DNA of 64,000 nucleotides from Ostreococcus lucimarinus (lineage: Eukaryota), in the NCBI GenBank assembly GCA_000092065.1, contig CP000591.1; one strand, written 5' to 3'. The notes under the pieces are model-generated. The model was given only the letters and a program-made list of their open reading frames with translations, did no database searches and was not told where the DNA came from. Made by a program: the position numbers and the translations under genes. Below are positions 19,440 to 30,015 of the stretch, piece by piece. Numbering within the stretch: the stretch's first letter is position 1; each line of letters opens with the position of its first letter.

Positions 19440-22400
19440 ATGGCGCGGCGTCGCCCGCGACTTCCCGCGCGCGCCCCGCCTAAATCACCATCGTCGCGAA
19501 CCATCGAAGTCCTGAACGTGCGCGTGCGCGTGGAGAAACGCGACGACGAAGACGCGGACGAAGACGACCCACTCGATTGGGTCCATCGGCGAAAAGCGAG
19601 CGACAGCGCGCGCGCGACGACGAGCGAGGCGTCGTACGGCGTCGATGGGTTGGGCATCGTCCCCGGTCTCGCGCGCGCGAAGACGCGCGCGAAGACGGAC
19701 GCACAAGAGGAGGAGATTCTACACATGACGGAGGACGCGGCGGACGCCGTGGCGGCGCTGCTTCGAAGACGCGCGGAGGAGGACGAAGGCGACGACGACG
19801 GCGAGGATCGCGGCGAAGGGGAGAAAACGGCGTTGGAGATGGCGCGCGAACGGTTGATGGCGGCGAATTTGGCGGTGCCGGTGGTTCGCGGTGAAGCGTC
19901 GGGATTGCGAGCGACGACGGCGGCGCGGCGAATGACGGCGCCGGTGACGAGCGTGATGGACGAAGTGAGCGCGCAGGAAAGGCATAGTTCGCAAATCGCG
20001 GCGAAAGCGTTGAAATCGCTCACGGAAAGGGACGAAGCTGAAAGAATCGCGCGAGGGAAGCGGTTGAGGGAGGATAGATTGCGAAGACGAGTGCTCGAGA
20101 AGGGATTCGACGAGGCATGGACAGAGAAGGCGATCAAGGCGAATCCCGAACAAGGCGAAACGAAGAAAGATGCGCTCGAGCGTTTGGGGTCGGTGCTCGA
20201 TTGGTTGTGTCTCCGAGTACCTAAGGATGATATGCCCGAAACGTTCGTAAGATTGAGCGAAGCGTCGAAGAATCTTGCACCGTCGAAGACGTCTCTCGTC
20301 GTCGACGGTACGAAACTCGTCAACTCAGCCGCCGTGAGCGACGCGCCGGTGGAAGATCCGTACGTCTTGTTGTTGCAGCGCGCGATGCTCGGGCGCCTAT
20401 TAGCGATGGGATTTTCAAAGGCGGAAGCTCGAGAAGCGCTGGAATCTGCAGGTTGGGTTGAAGAAGACGCGACGTACGCGTTGTTGAGATCTCTGCAACC
20501 CATCGGCGCGACGACGCCGAGCGGCGACAACGCCAAGGAAATGCTTGCCGAACGCGGCGAAGAGGCGATGGCGCTCGAGGCGATTCTAGGGGACGATTTC
20601 AAGGTTGATGATGATGCCAAGTGTTGGAATATCCGAATCCCCTTGGACGAGGATGCCAACGGCGTGCAATGGGAACCATGCGTTTTGGAGATTCATTTTC
20701 CGCCCGACTCTCTTTACCCAGCTGAATCTGCACTCTTCGTCGTCCGCCACGACAAGCTTCCTTCGCAAGTTCGTCGTTCGGTGAACGCTATGATTGCTGC
20801 GCAAGCGCATGTGTACCTCGGGGAGCCCGCGATTTATGCCATGGTCGTTTGGTTACAAGAAAACATGCCCGCAATTCTCGCCGAACGCGGCATCGTTGAC
20901 GACGTGTCAGAATTTGTGGAGGAAATAGACAACAGCGAGAAGGATGATTTCGTGCTCACGGGACGTGGTGCTCACATTAAGAGAACGTATGCACGGTTGG
21001 AGGGTGAAGAAGCGAAGATGCATGCCGAAGAAGAAGAGCGCCGTAAGCGCATTGAATATTTCCGTGCGATGATGGCGGAAGAAAACGCTCGCGAGGCGCA
21101 TGAAGTCGAGGAAGAACACGTTCGAGCTATGACACCATCGCAGTCGATTGCGCTCACGACGGAGGAAGACGTGGATGATACTTCTCTTGATGCAAAGCTG
21201 TCTCGCTGGGAACGTGAGCACGCCAAGCGTCTAGAAGCTGCGAGAACGACGAAAGTAAAGAAGAAGATTGTTCCCAACTTGAGCAAATCGAAACCAAAGC
21301 TGGACGAAGTGAGCGATGGCGATGCAAAGCCAAAGATGAAGGGAGGATGGTTGGCGAATCAGGTGAAGAAGGCGGGGTTAGACAAGCAGGCCGATGTCGA
21401 ACTCGAAGAAGACGCGCTCGCGACTGCGACTGCGAATGTTTTAGCCGGCGTTTCTGGCGTGAGACCGGAAAAGTACACTGTAGAACGTCGAGCGGAGATT
21501 AGTCGCAAACTGCTGGAGTTGGAACTCGCGAAGGAAAGCACGAAAGAGTGGCTTGGTATGCAAGAAATTCGGCGCAAACTTCCAGCTCACAATTTGAAGA
21601 GTGTCGTGCTTGAAGCGATTGAGAGCTCCAATGCGGCTGTAGTGAGCGGCGCAACCGGTTGCGGGAAGACAACACAAGTTCCACAGTTTATATTCGAAGA
21701 AGCCATTAGGGCGGGCAAGGCTGGAGATACGAGCATCATCATCACGCAACCGAGGCGTCTTTCGGCCATCGCGGTCGCCGAGCGCGTCGCGAATGAGCGT
21801 TGTGAACGCATCGGTGACACCGTCGGCTACAGCATTCGGTTGGAAAGCAAGCAAAGCGAGAAAACGCGAATGCTGTTCTGTACGACTGGTATCCTCCTCC
21901 GACGTTTACAGACTGATCCGAATTTAACTGGCGTATCGCACGTTGTCGTTGATGAGGTCCATGAGCGTGATTTACTGAGTGATTTCTTGCTAGTCATTCT
22001 CCGATCACTCGCAGCGAGGAGGAGTGATTTTCATCTCGTGGCCATGTCCGCTACGGTGAACGCCGACTTGTTTAAAAACTATTTCGAGTCGCACCTGAAA
22101 ACAACGTGTCCAGTCGTGGAGATACCCGGTAGGACGTTTCCCGTGGCGGAATATAGATTAGAGGACGCTATCGAAGCCACGGGCTACGTGTGCGAGCCCG
22201 ATGGCGAGTTCGCGCTCGGCGTCGAGCAGAGCCGCGGCGGGAGGATTTTTAAGATGGCCGGAGGTGGCGGCGCTCGCGGGGCGGCGCTTCGCGAAGCCGT
22301 TGAGGAGTCGTTCGAACGTTCTGCGATGAGCGAGGTTCGACAAGAGACGCGTGATATGTATCCCGAGTACAGCGAGACCACTTGGAAGAGCTTGCAAGTC

Positions 22401-24164
22401 ATCGATGAAGAGAAGATCAATTACGAATTGATGGAGCTGCTCGTAGCGCTCATCGCGGACGAGTACGAGGAAGGAGCGATATTGATCTTCTTGCCAGGGA
22501 TGGCGGAAATTCGAACGCTTCATGATCGACTTCGTGCGAATTTAAAAGATTCAGAGTCGCGATTTTTGCTCATCCCTTTGCACTCGACACTGAGTTCTGA
22601 AGAGCAGCGCTTAACGTTCAATAAAGCTCCACCGGGAAAGCGGAAAGTCGTCATGGCGACGAACATTGCGGAGACGTCGATCACGATTGACGACGTTGTC
22701 TTCGTTATAGACAGCGGTCGCGTGCGCGAAACACAATACGATCCGGTATCGAGAATGTCGGCTCTCGTCACCGCTTGGTGCAGCAAGGCGAGTAGTCGAC
22801 AGCGTCGTGGTCGGGCCGGTCGCGTACGCGAAGGCTATTGCTTTCACCTGTACAGCACAAAGACTGAAGCGACCGTGCTGGCGGACTTTACGACGCCAGA
22901 GATTTTGCGCACGCCGCTCGACGCGCTGTGTTTACAGATCAAGATTCTAGGTCTTGGAGACATTCGCAAGTTTTTGTCCATGGCCATCGAGCCACCGCCT
23001 GAAGGCGCCATCGCGTCGGCGCTGAAATCTTTACACGAACTCGACGCAGTGGACTCAAAGGATGAACTCACCGCGCTCGGGCATCATCTCGCTGAACTCC
23101 CAGTCGACGCTCGGCTTGGAAAAATGATGCTATATGGTGCGATGTTTTCGTGCTTGGATCCTATTCTCACCATTGCCGCCGGTGTTGGGTTTCGCTCCCC
23201 CTTTTTAGCGCCGATGGACAAGCGCGACGAGGCCGACGCGGCGAAGCGCAAAATCGCCGCACAAGCAAGTGACCATCTCACGCTGGTGCGAGCATACGCT
23301 GGTTGGATCCACGCGAGGGCCAAGGGTCGTGGTTTCGAACGGGACTACTTGTCCAAGCTGTTTCTCTCCGGACAGACGTTGAAACAAATTTCAGAGATGC
23401 GACAGCAGTATACCGATTTGTTGGACCAAATTGGATTTTTGCGATCCGGTGCGGGCGCTCTCGGGGCCGTTTCTGCGTCACCCGCACCGCTCGCTACGAA
23501 CAAACTGAAAAACGGGCGGCGGAACAAACTCGAGAGTGCACTCGCAGAAGCGAGTGTGAACGCGGGGAACGAGTCACTCGTGCGTGCTGTCATTTGCGCT
23601 GGTCTTTATCCAAACGTCGCGTTGGCGAGCGCGCCTGCGAAGACAGACGACGGTCGCGCGCGGTCGCGCTACCCCACTAGCTCCGTCGCCGTGCGCACCA
23701 AGCACGATACGGACGTGCACATGCATCCAACATCAGTGTGTTACGGCATGTCGCCAAGTGTCGACAGCCGGTTTCTGCTCTATCACGAAAAAGTTCGTAC
23801 GACCAAGGTGTACATTCGCGACGCCACCGCCGTCGGGTCGTACCCGCTGTTACTCTTCGGCGGTAAAATCAAAATCAATCACGAAAGATCGAGCGCGACG
23901 TGCGATAATTGGATAAATTTTCGCGCAGCACCTAGAGTTGCGGTCCTCTTCAAGCATTTACGCGCCGAACTAGACGCGTTGCTCATGGAGAAGATTGCTT
24001 CACCCGACATGGACATTTCGCACAGACGCGACGTCGTGAAATCCATAGTCGAAGTCCTCGAAAGCGAATCCGCCGCCGCGGCTGAAAAGTTAGCATTAGC
24101 AGAGTCTTCATCGGCGCCGGCATCGAGCGATGCCAAGGGACCGAGCGAAGACTCGAACGATTAG
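19440..24164 (+). CDS. DEAH-box ATP-dependent RNA helicase with N-terminal UBA and RWD domains (DHX57-like architecture); start may lie at a downstream Met
   Basis: UBA-like (LLQRAMLGRLLAMGFSKAEAREALESAGW), RWD-like (EAMALEAILGDDF...), helicase motifs GCGKTTQVPQF, DEVHER, SAT, QRRGRAGR, HA2/OB C-terminal region. Confidence 0.9.
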   Translation: MARRRPRLPARAPPKSPSSRTIEVLNVRVRVEKRDDEDADEDDPLDWVHRRKASDSARATTSEASYGVDGLGIVPGLARAKTRAKTDAQEEEILHMTEDAADAVAALLRRRAEEDEGDDDGEDRGEGEKTALEMARERLMAANLAVPVVRGEASGLRATTAARRMTAPVTSVMDEVSAQERHSSQIAAKALKSLTERDEAERIARGKRLREDRLRRRVLEKGFDEAWTEKAIKANPEQGETKKDALERLGSVLDWLCLRVPKDDMPETFVRLSEASKNLAPSKTSLVVDGTKLVNSAAVSDAPVEDPYVLLLQRAMLGRLLAMGFSKAEAREALESAGWVEEDATYALLRSLQPIGATTPSGDNAKEMLAERGEEAMALEAILGDDFKVDDDAKCWNIRIPLDEDANGVQWEPCVLEIHFPPDSLYPAESALFVVRHDKLPSQVRRSVNAMIAAQAHVYLGEPAIYAMVVWLQENMPAILAERGIVDDVSEFVEEIDNSEKDDFVLTGRGAHIKRTYARLEGEEAKMHAEEEERRKRIEYFRAMMAEENAREAHEVEEEHVRAMTPSQSIALTTEEDVDDTSLDAKLSRWEREHAKRLEAARTTKVKKKIVPNLSKSKPKLDEVSDGDAKPKMKGGWLANQVKKAGLDKQADVELEEDALATATANVLAGVSGVRPEKYTVERRAEISRKLLELELAKESTKEWLGMQEIRRKLPAHNLKSVVLEAIESSNAAVVSGATGCGKTTQVPQFIFEEAIRAGKAGDTSIIITQPRRLSAIAVAERVANERCERIGDTVGYSIRLESKQSEKTRMLFCTTGILLRRLQTDPNLTGVSHVVVDEVHERDLLSDFLLVILRSLAARRSDFHLVAMSATVNADLFKNYFESHLKTTCPVVEIPGRTFPVAEYRLEDAIEATGYVCEPDGEFALGVEQSRGGRIFKMAGGGGARGAALREAVEESFERSAMSEVRQETRDMYPEYSETTWKSLQVIDEEKINYELMELLVALIADEYEEGAILIFLPGMAEIRTLHDRLRANLKDSESRFLLIPLHSTLSSEEQRLTFNKAPPGKRKVVMATNIAETSITIDDVVFVIDSGRVRETQYDPVSRMSALVTAWCSKASSRQRRGRAGRVREGYCFHLYSTKTEATVLADFTTPEILRTPLDALCLQIKILGLGDIRKFLSMAIEPPPEGAIASALKSLHELDAVDSKDELTALGHHLAELPVDARLGKMMLYGAMFSCLDPILTIAAGVGFRSPFLAPMDKRDEADAAKRKIAAQASDHLTLVRAYAGWIHARAKGRGFERDYLSKLFLSGQTLKQISEMRQQYTDLLDQIGFLRSGAGALGAVSASPAPLATNKLKNGRRNKLESALAEASVNAGNESLVRAVICAGLYPNVALASAPAKTDDGRARSRYPTSSVAVRTKHDTDVHMHPTSVCYGMSPSVDSRFLLYHEKVRTTKVYIRDATAVGSYPLLLFGGKIKINHERSSATCDNWINFRAAPRVAVLFKHLRAELDALLMEKIASPDMDISHRRDVVKSIVEVLESESAAAAEKLALAESSSAPASSDAKGPSEDSND

Positions 24165-24247
24165 TTGTAGCACTAGTTTCCGCGCGCCGGAGAAACAGTT
24201 AAGTAATCGGCGCGCCGCGACGCCGACCCTCACAGTGTGCCGCGCCG

Positions 24248-24760
24248 ATGCTCCGCCGCGCCCTCCTGCGCTCGCGATCATCGATCGCGCTCAACGCATC
24301 CCGCGCGCTCGCACCGTCGTTCAAAGCGCGCGCGCTGTCCACCGACGACGACGCTAAAGCCAAAACTCGCGCGCAGGCCGAGGCCGAAGCCGCGAAGAAA
24401 ATCAACGCCGGCGCCTCCCCGCTCTTCTCCTGGACCGAAGTCGACGTCTCCAACGCAGACCGAACCATCCCACGCTGGCAAAACGCCGCGTTCGTCGTCG
24501 TGGTCGGCGCGTTCTTCGCGTACTTTGGGAACAAGTTGGTGACGAGCGAGCTGTCCCGGCGCGAACGCGCGAGAGACGCGCGAGAGGCGTTGGAAACGCG
24601 CGCTCGCGACGTCGTACGGGCGACGATGGGCGATAGAAATGAGTTTGATTTAGACGCGGTCGTGGATGAGGACGCGTTGGAGGGGCTGACGCCGGAGGAA
24701 ATCGCGGCGCTCGTGGAGCGCGAGCGGGACGCCCGAGGCGGCGAGCGCGACGCGTCATAA
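24248..24760 (+). CDS. Hypothetical small membrane protein with mitochondrial-type presequence
   Basis: Arg/Ser-rich N-terminus, single TM (AAFVVVVGAFFAYFGNKLV), acidic C-terminus. Confidence 0.45.
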   Translation: MLRRALLRSRSSIALNASRALAPSFKARALSTDDDAKAKTRAQAEAEAAKKINAGASPLFSWTEVDVSNADRTIPRWQNAAFVVVVGAFFAYFGNKLVTSELSRRERARDAREALETRARDVVRATMGDRNEFDLDAVVDEDALEGLTPEEIAALVERERDARGGERDAS

Positions 24761-24769
24761 TCGCGCGCG

Positions 24770-25477
24770 ATGGCGTGCGTAACGTTCCGAGCCGTGAGCG
24801 CGACGCGCGCGTTAGCGCCGCGTTCGAAGACCTCCCGCGCCGGTCGTCGCGCGGCGCGCGGCATTCGCGCGGCGGCGACGGACCCGGCGACGAAGATATC
24901 CTTTCCGGACACCAACTCCGCGGGTTTAACCGTGCTCGGCGCCGGATGCCGCGTCAAACGCGTGGCGATCATCGATGTTAAGATTTACGCGTTGGCCATG
25001 TACGTCGACGCCGACGCGGCGCGCGCGCAAAAGGGAAAAGGGTTGCTGAACGGCGATTATGACAAGGAGCTCGCCATCGAACTCGCGCGCGACGTCGACG
25101 GTAAAACGTTCATGGAAGCGATGGATGAAAGCCTGGGACCGAGAATCCGAGAGATCGCGACGAACATGGCGACCGCAGAGGATGAGGATGGGAACTTCAT
25201 GGCCAGTGTGGCTGAGGCAGCGGAAAAGGCGGAGGAAGCGGCGGTGGACTCACTTGACGCCATGCGCGACGGGTTCTCTTCGCTGAAACTGAAGCAAGGG
25301 ACGAAGATGACGATCACCTGGACGTCAAACGGGTGCGCCATCGCGGTCGCGGGCGCGGCGAAGATGGAATTTGAGTCGGCGGAATTCGCAAAGGCGCTGT
25401 TGGACGTGTATGTGGGCGAAGGCCCGGTGGCGCCGGCTGCGGCGCAGACGTTCGAAAAAGGATTGGCGGCGTTGTAG
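24770..25477 (+). CDS. Chalcone-isomerase-like fold protein (CHI-like / fatty-acid-binding protein family), plastid-targeted
   Basis: Transit-peptide-like N-terminus; CHI-like core LTVLGAGCRVKRVAIIDVKIYALAMYVD; 235 aa. Confidence 0.6.
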   Translation: MACVTFRAVSATRALAPRSKTSRAGRRAARGIRAAATDPATKISFPDTNSAGLTVLGAGCRVKRVAIIDVKIYALAMYVDADAARAQKGKGLLNGDYDKELAIELARDVDGKTFMEAMDESLGPRIREIATNMATAEDEDGNFMASVAEAAEKAEEAAVDSLDAMRDGFSSLKLKQGTKMTITWTSNGCAIAVAGAAKMEFESAEFAKALLDVYVGEGPVAPAAAQTFEKGLAAL

Positions 25478-25536
25478 TGATATTTGCCTTGACTATTTGC
25501 TACTACTCGTGCTACGTTAGTTCCGCGTGGAGCTTT

Positions 25537-27150
25537 CTAAGAAAGGCTCGCGATGACGTCGGCGAGCATCTTGCTCGCGTCTTTGGGATTCGCTCGACCG
25601 TTTGTGCGCTTCATCACCTCTCCCACGAGCGCGCCCATGAGCTTGGATTTTCCACCACGAAACAACTCGACCTCTTTCGGCATCTCGTCGACGACAGCGC
25701 GACAGATATCTTGCAATTGATCGTCGCTCGACATTTGACCGCCGCCGCACACGTCCTCGACAATTTCAGCCAACGCGCGTTCATCGCTATTCATGAGCGC
25801 CTCTAAGACTTGTTTCGCCATGCGTCCGCTCAGATCGCCGTTCGCGACTTTACCCAACAATTCGCCCACGCGTCGCGCCGACGCCGCGCGCGGTAGAGAT
25901 GATAGCGGTTCTTTGTGCGACGCTCCGGCATCTTTGCGCGCGGCGCCGATGATTTCATTCGCAATAAAATTGGCCACATCGCTCGCCTTAGCGGCGCCGC
26001 AACTGTCAACCGCGGTGTCGTAATACTTTAACGTCGATGGAAAAGCGATGATGGTACTCGCCGCGGACTCCGATGCGCCGCTCTCCATCAAGCGCTCGAA
26101 CGCCGCGTTCGGGAGTTCCGGCATCCTATTTGCAATAGCCTCCACATCCGCCGGATTCAACACCAACGGCGGTAAGTCCGGCTCAGGCGTGAATCGGTAA
26201 TCGAGCAAGTTTTCTTTGGTTCGAAGCACCGTGGTTTTTCCGGTGTTCGTGTCGAACGCGCGCGTCTCGCGCTCGATGCGCCCGCCGGCGGTCAACACGT
26301 CGACGTGTCTCTTCGCTTCGTACTTCACCGCCCGCACGATGCTTCGAAGACTATTCAAATTTTTAATCTCCACGCGTTCGCCAAAAACGCCTCGCTCGCG
26401 CTCCTCCGCCGTGCGCACGCTCACGTTTACGTCGCATCGCAACGACCCCTCCTCCATGTTCGCGTCGCTGACGTGTAAATACCGCAACATCCTCTGCAAC
26501 GCCTCCACGCACGCCGCCGCGTCCTCCCCGCTTCGCATATCCGGTTCGCTCACGATTTCTACCAGCGCCTGTCCCGCGCGATTCAAATCGACCAGCGTCC
26601 CTTGCGCCGCCTCGGCCTCCGCGCCGACGGTTTGGCTCTTGCCCGTATCCGTCTCCATCTGCACGCGCTCGATGCCAACCGTCAACCACCCACGCCGCGT
26701 TCGACCGCCGTCCCGGTCGCCTTCCCGAGCGTTTTCTACACCGACGCATCGCACGATCCCTCCCCGGACGATCGGTTCGCGCTGTTGCGTGATCTGATAC
26801 CCGTGCGGCAAGTCGGCGTAGTAGTAGTGCTTTCTGTCAAAGCTCGACTTCAGCTGCACCGTCCCCTCGAGCGCGATCCCGAGCTTGATCGCGCGCGCCA
26901 CCGCGCCGGCGTTGAGCACGGGCAGCGTTCCGGGCAGCGCCGCGTCGAACGGCGCGACGCGGGCGTTCGCGTCGCCGCCGTACGCGGACGCGGCGCCGCT
27001 AAACAGTTTCGACCGCGTCGCGAGTCGCGCGTGAATCTCAACGCCCACGACGGTTTCGTGCGTCGGCGACGCGGTGGTTGATAGCGCGCGGTGCGCGCGC
27101 GCGAACGCGCGACGCGCGCGCGAGACGAGCGCGCGCGCGGGCGCGGGCAT
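25537..27150 (-). CDS. GATB: Glutamyl-tRNA(Gln)/Aspartyl-tRNA(Asn) amidotransferase subunit B, organellar
   Basis: GatB N-terminal signature VVGVEIHARLATRSKLFSGA, HYYYADLPHGYQITQ, C-terminal GatB/YqeY domain; presequence. Confidence 0.9.
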   Translation of the reverse strand: MPAPARALVSRARRAFARAHRALSTTASPTHETVVGVEIHARLATRSKLFSGAASAYGGDANARVAPFDAALPGTLPVLNAGAVARAIKLGIALEGTVQLKSSFDRKHYYYADLPHGYQITQQREPIVRGGIVRCVGVENAREGDRDGGRTRRGWLTVGIERVQMETDTGKSQTVGAEAEAAQGTLVDLNRAGQALVEIVSEPDMRSGEDAAACVEALQRMLRYLHVSDANMEEGSLRCDVNVSVRTAEERERGVFGERVEIKNLNSLRSIVRAVKYEAKRHVDVLTAGGRIERETRAFDTNTGKTTVLRTKENLLDYRFTPEPDLPPLVLNPADVEAIANRMPELPNAAFERLMESGASESAASTIIAFPSTLKYYDTAVDSCGAAKASDVANFIANEIIGAARKDAGASHKEPLSSLPRAASARRVGELLGKVANGDLSGRMAKQVLEALMNSDERALAEIVEDVCGGGQMSSDDQLQDICRAVVDEMPKEVELFRGGKSKLMGALVGEVMKRTNGRANPKDASKMLADVIASLS

Positions 27151-27347
27151 GTCGCGCCGCGCCGCGCGTCCCGCTGTGCGGCTTCGGGACGCGTCGACGA
27201 AACCGAAAAAGACGACGCGCGGTACAGATTGATCGTGTGCGGATTACATACTGTTTGACGTATCGTCGTGCTTGTTTTCGCGCGCCCCCGTCGCGCGCGT
27301 TCGCGCGCGCCCCCCTCGCGCGTCTCGTTTCGCTTCGCCTCGCGCGT

Positions 27348-27800
27348 TCACGCGTCGATCTTAATCGCCCCCGATTCATCCACGCTCACCGCGTACGACG
27401 CGATCGCCGTCGGTTCGCCGCAATACTTCTTCCCGACCACCGGCAGCGCCGGCAATTTCGGGCACCACTCCCCCCTCGCCTCGCCCGTCTTCAGGTCGAA
27501 CGCGCTCCCGTGCGCCGGGCACGCGATCGCCCCGTCGCTCACCGTCGCCGACAGCAGCGGCGTCTTTCCCTGCAGCGACAGCCCCAAGTGCGGGCACTTA
27601 TTCGACACCGCGTACACGTCGTTCGCGAACTCTTGCAGCAGCACCTTCCCCACGCCGTCGACGTCGACGACGACGCGCTGTTTCTCCGCCGCGCGCAATC
27701 CGTCCCGCGTGACGCCCGTGTCGCGAAGCGCGTTCGTCCGCGTCGCGCGCGCGCGTCGTCCGAGCGTCGGCGTCGCACGCGCGCGCGTCGAGATCGACAT
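27348..27800 (-). CDS. Rieske [2Fe-2S] domain protein (small Rieske ferredoxin-like), organelle-targeted
   Basis: Rieske boxes CPHLGLSL ... CPAHGSAFD; 150 aa. Confidence 0.8.
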   Translation of the reverse strand: MSISTRARATPTLGRRARATRTNALRDTGVTRDGLRAAEKQRVVVDVDGVGKVLLQEFANDVYAVSNKCPHLGLSLQGKTPLLSATVSDGAIACPAHGSAFDLKTGEARGEWCPKLPALPVVGKKYCGEPTAIASYAVSVDESGAIKIDA

Positions 27801-27838
27801 CGCGCGCGTCGTCCGCGTCGGCGTCGTGTGCCGACGCG

Positions 27839-27876
27839 ATCGATCGATCGATCGATCGATCGATCGATCGATCGAT
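27839..27876. repeat. (GATC)n microsatellite in spacer between Rieske gene and downstream coiled-coil gene
   Basis: cgatcgatcgatcg... about 9.5 units, seen directly. Confidence 0.9.
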
Positions 27877-28185
27877 CGCCGCGCGTCCGTTCGATCGGTC
27901 GGTCATCGGTCGACGCGACCCGTCGTATGCATACGTATGGGCATTCAGTGCGACGTCGTCGACGACGCGACGCACGCGCCGCATCGATCCGGCGACCGAC
28001 GGATCGACGCGTCGCCGCACGTCGACGCGCGACGCGTTCGAGTTCGGAAAACCGCGCGTGTCGCGTGTCGAGCGCTCGCGCGCGCCGGACGCGACGCGGC
28101 GCGCGCGCGAGGGAAAAAGACGCGCGAACGACGACGCGGCGAATTCAAAAATTCGAATTCGAATCGCGACGACGCCGAGCGAAGG

Positions 28186-29829
28186 ATGGCGACGGCGCGA
28201 ACGGCGACGGCGCGAACGGCGACGGTGACGACGCGAAGACGCGCGCGCGCGAGGTCAGGGCGACGCGCGGGCGCGCGGGCGCGCCGAGCGCGGGCGCGAG
28301 GGGAAGATGAGGCGGCGGCGAGGGACGCGGGCGAGACGGCGACGCTCGCGGCGCTCGCGCTGGCGCCGAAGGAGGTGGTGGACGCGATCTCGGTGCCGGC
28401 GGAGCTGGTGGAGGTGCGGGCGTACGTGCGGTGGGAAGAGGCGGGGATGCCGAGCGATACCACGGACGCGTGGCGACAGCGGGAGTACGATGAGGCGCTG
28501 TTGGATTTGAAGATTGAACTCTTGCGAGGGACGACGATGAACGAGATTCGAGCGCGGTATAAGATGGCGCCCGTGGAGGGCGGCGACGCGAAGATGTTCA
28601 ATGAAGACGCGGATTTGGCGCGAAGGGTGAAGGCGGCGGCGGTGATGAAGGTGCGCGCGAGCGTGGATGAGGTGCAGGGGGCGCACGAGGAAACGGAGAC
28701 GATTGAATTCATCGAGAGCGTCGTCGTCGAGGACGCCGTCGTCGAGGATGGAGAACCGGAAGCCGCCGCGGCGGATGACGACGCCGAAGAGGCTGAAACC
28801 GTCGCGAGTGAGGTGGAAGATGCGATCGCGGCGGCGATGGAGAACGCTGTGGCGGAAGACACGGACGCCATCGTCGACGTCTTCGCCGCGCTCACCGAAG
28901 AAGAAATCGCCGACATGGAGGCGTCTTTTAGCGCGCAGGCGACGTGGTCCACGCGCGAAGAACTCGTGGCGGCGATCACGGCGACGCCGAGCGCTGAAGA
29001 CGATAACGAAGTCGATCTGCTCAAAGATCTCGAAGAGACAAAGCTCGCGCTTTCGGCAAGCGAGGAGGCGCTGCAAAAGACGAAGACAGAGCTCGAGGAC
29101 ATTGAAGCCGAAATCGTCGTCTTGCAGGCGACTTCCGACAAGGCGCTCGCGGAGATGAAAGAAGGGTGGGCCGCCGAAGTCAGTCACCTCGAAGCGCAGC
29201 TCAAGCAAGCGGTCGCGCGTGTGGGGATGGATGAAGGTGAAATTGCCGCGCAAATCGCCAAGTTTGAGCGAGACGCCGAGGAAGCGAGGAGAAGGGTCGA
29301 GGCGCTCGAGGCTGAAAAAGCCGTCGTCGCCAAGCAGCTCGAAGATACAAAGGTTGCGCAAATCAAGGCTGAGGCCGTACGTGACGCCAACTCGGAGGTG
29401 ATTTTGATGCTTAAAAAGGAGTTGGAATCCACCAAGGACGAGCTGCGCGAGATGAAGTCGAACTCGGTGTCGGAGAAGGAGTTCACGGCGATGCAGAGCG
29501 AACTCGACCGCGCCTGGGAAGCCGCGGCGGAGCTCCAAACGATGTGGGATAACGACCGTAAGGTTATTGAGTTCTTAACTAAATCCATCGACGACGAAAA
29601 GGTGAAGAAGGAGGCTCGACAAGGACTCAATATTCCCGTCGCCGCAAAAGGACTTTTGAGCTGGGCGCGCACCACCATCAGCAAGCGCGCGAACGACGTC
29701 TCCGTCGTCTCGCAGCAAACGCTCGAGACTGTCTCTCAAGCGTATCAAGAACTCGAAGCGTCGACTGGTGAATTCAGCGACGACGTCATTTCGGACGATT
29801 CCGAGTCGGATTTCATGCGCGACATGTAA
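28186..29829 (+). CDS. Coiled-coil protein with N-terminal motif reminiscent of the conserved N-terminal block of alpha-glucan water dikinase/starch-related proteins (ORF-track N-terminal extension rejected)
   Basis: Start at MATARTATAR (28186, in frame); N-terminal block VRAYVRWEEAGMPSDT...EYDEALLDLKIELLRGTTMNEIRARY; rest is long Glu/Ala/Lys-rich heptad coiled coil. Confidence 0.6.
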   Translation: MATARTATARTATVTTRRRARARSGRRAGARARRARARGEDEAAARDAGETATLAALALAPKEVVDAISVPAELVEVRAYVRWEEAGMPSDTTDAWRQREYDEALLDLKIELLRGTTMNEIRARYKMAPVEGGDAKMFNEDADLARRVKAAAVMKVRASVDEVQGAHEETETIEFIESVVVEDAVVEDGEPEAAAADDDAEEAETVASEVEDAIAAAMENAVAEDTDAIVDVFAALTEEEIADMEASFSAQATWSTREELVAAITATPSAEDDNEVDLLKDLEETKLALSASEEALQKTKTELEDIEAEIVVLQATSDKALAEMKEGWAAEVSHLEAQLKQAVARVGMDEGEIAAQIAKFERDAEEARRRVEALEAEKAVVAKQLEDTKVAQIKAEAVRDANSEVILMLKKELESTKDELREMKSNSVSEKEFTAMQSELDRAWEAAAELQTMWDNDRKVIEFLTKSIDDEKVKKEARQGLNIPVAAKGLLSWARTTISKRANDVSVVSQQTLETVSQAYQELEASTGEFSDDVISDDSESDFMRDM

Positions 29830-30015
29830 TCTCCCCCGACCGCGCTCGAGAGAGCGCCGTCTTGTGTTATGTTTGCAATTTCATCGAGCGATGATCAAAA
29901 TACGTACGTTCGAGCTAATGTTCTTACAGGCTACACGTTCGTCCCCGTTCGGCGACCTAAGCGCGTCTCGATTCGCGCGATACCTAATCTCCACTCCTCC
30001 CTCGCGTCCCGCGTT

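Noticed and set aside
18266-20659. 797-aa Ser-rich minus-strand ORF
   Set aside because: Low-complexity, antisense to the DEAH helicase 5' region; no motifs
27268-28185. N-terminal 306 codons of the 853-aa ORF
   Set aside because: Overlaps the Rieske gene on the opposite strand and runs through a (GATC)n microsatellite; real start placed at 28186
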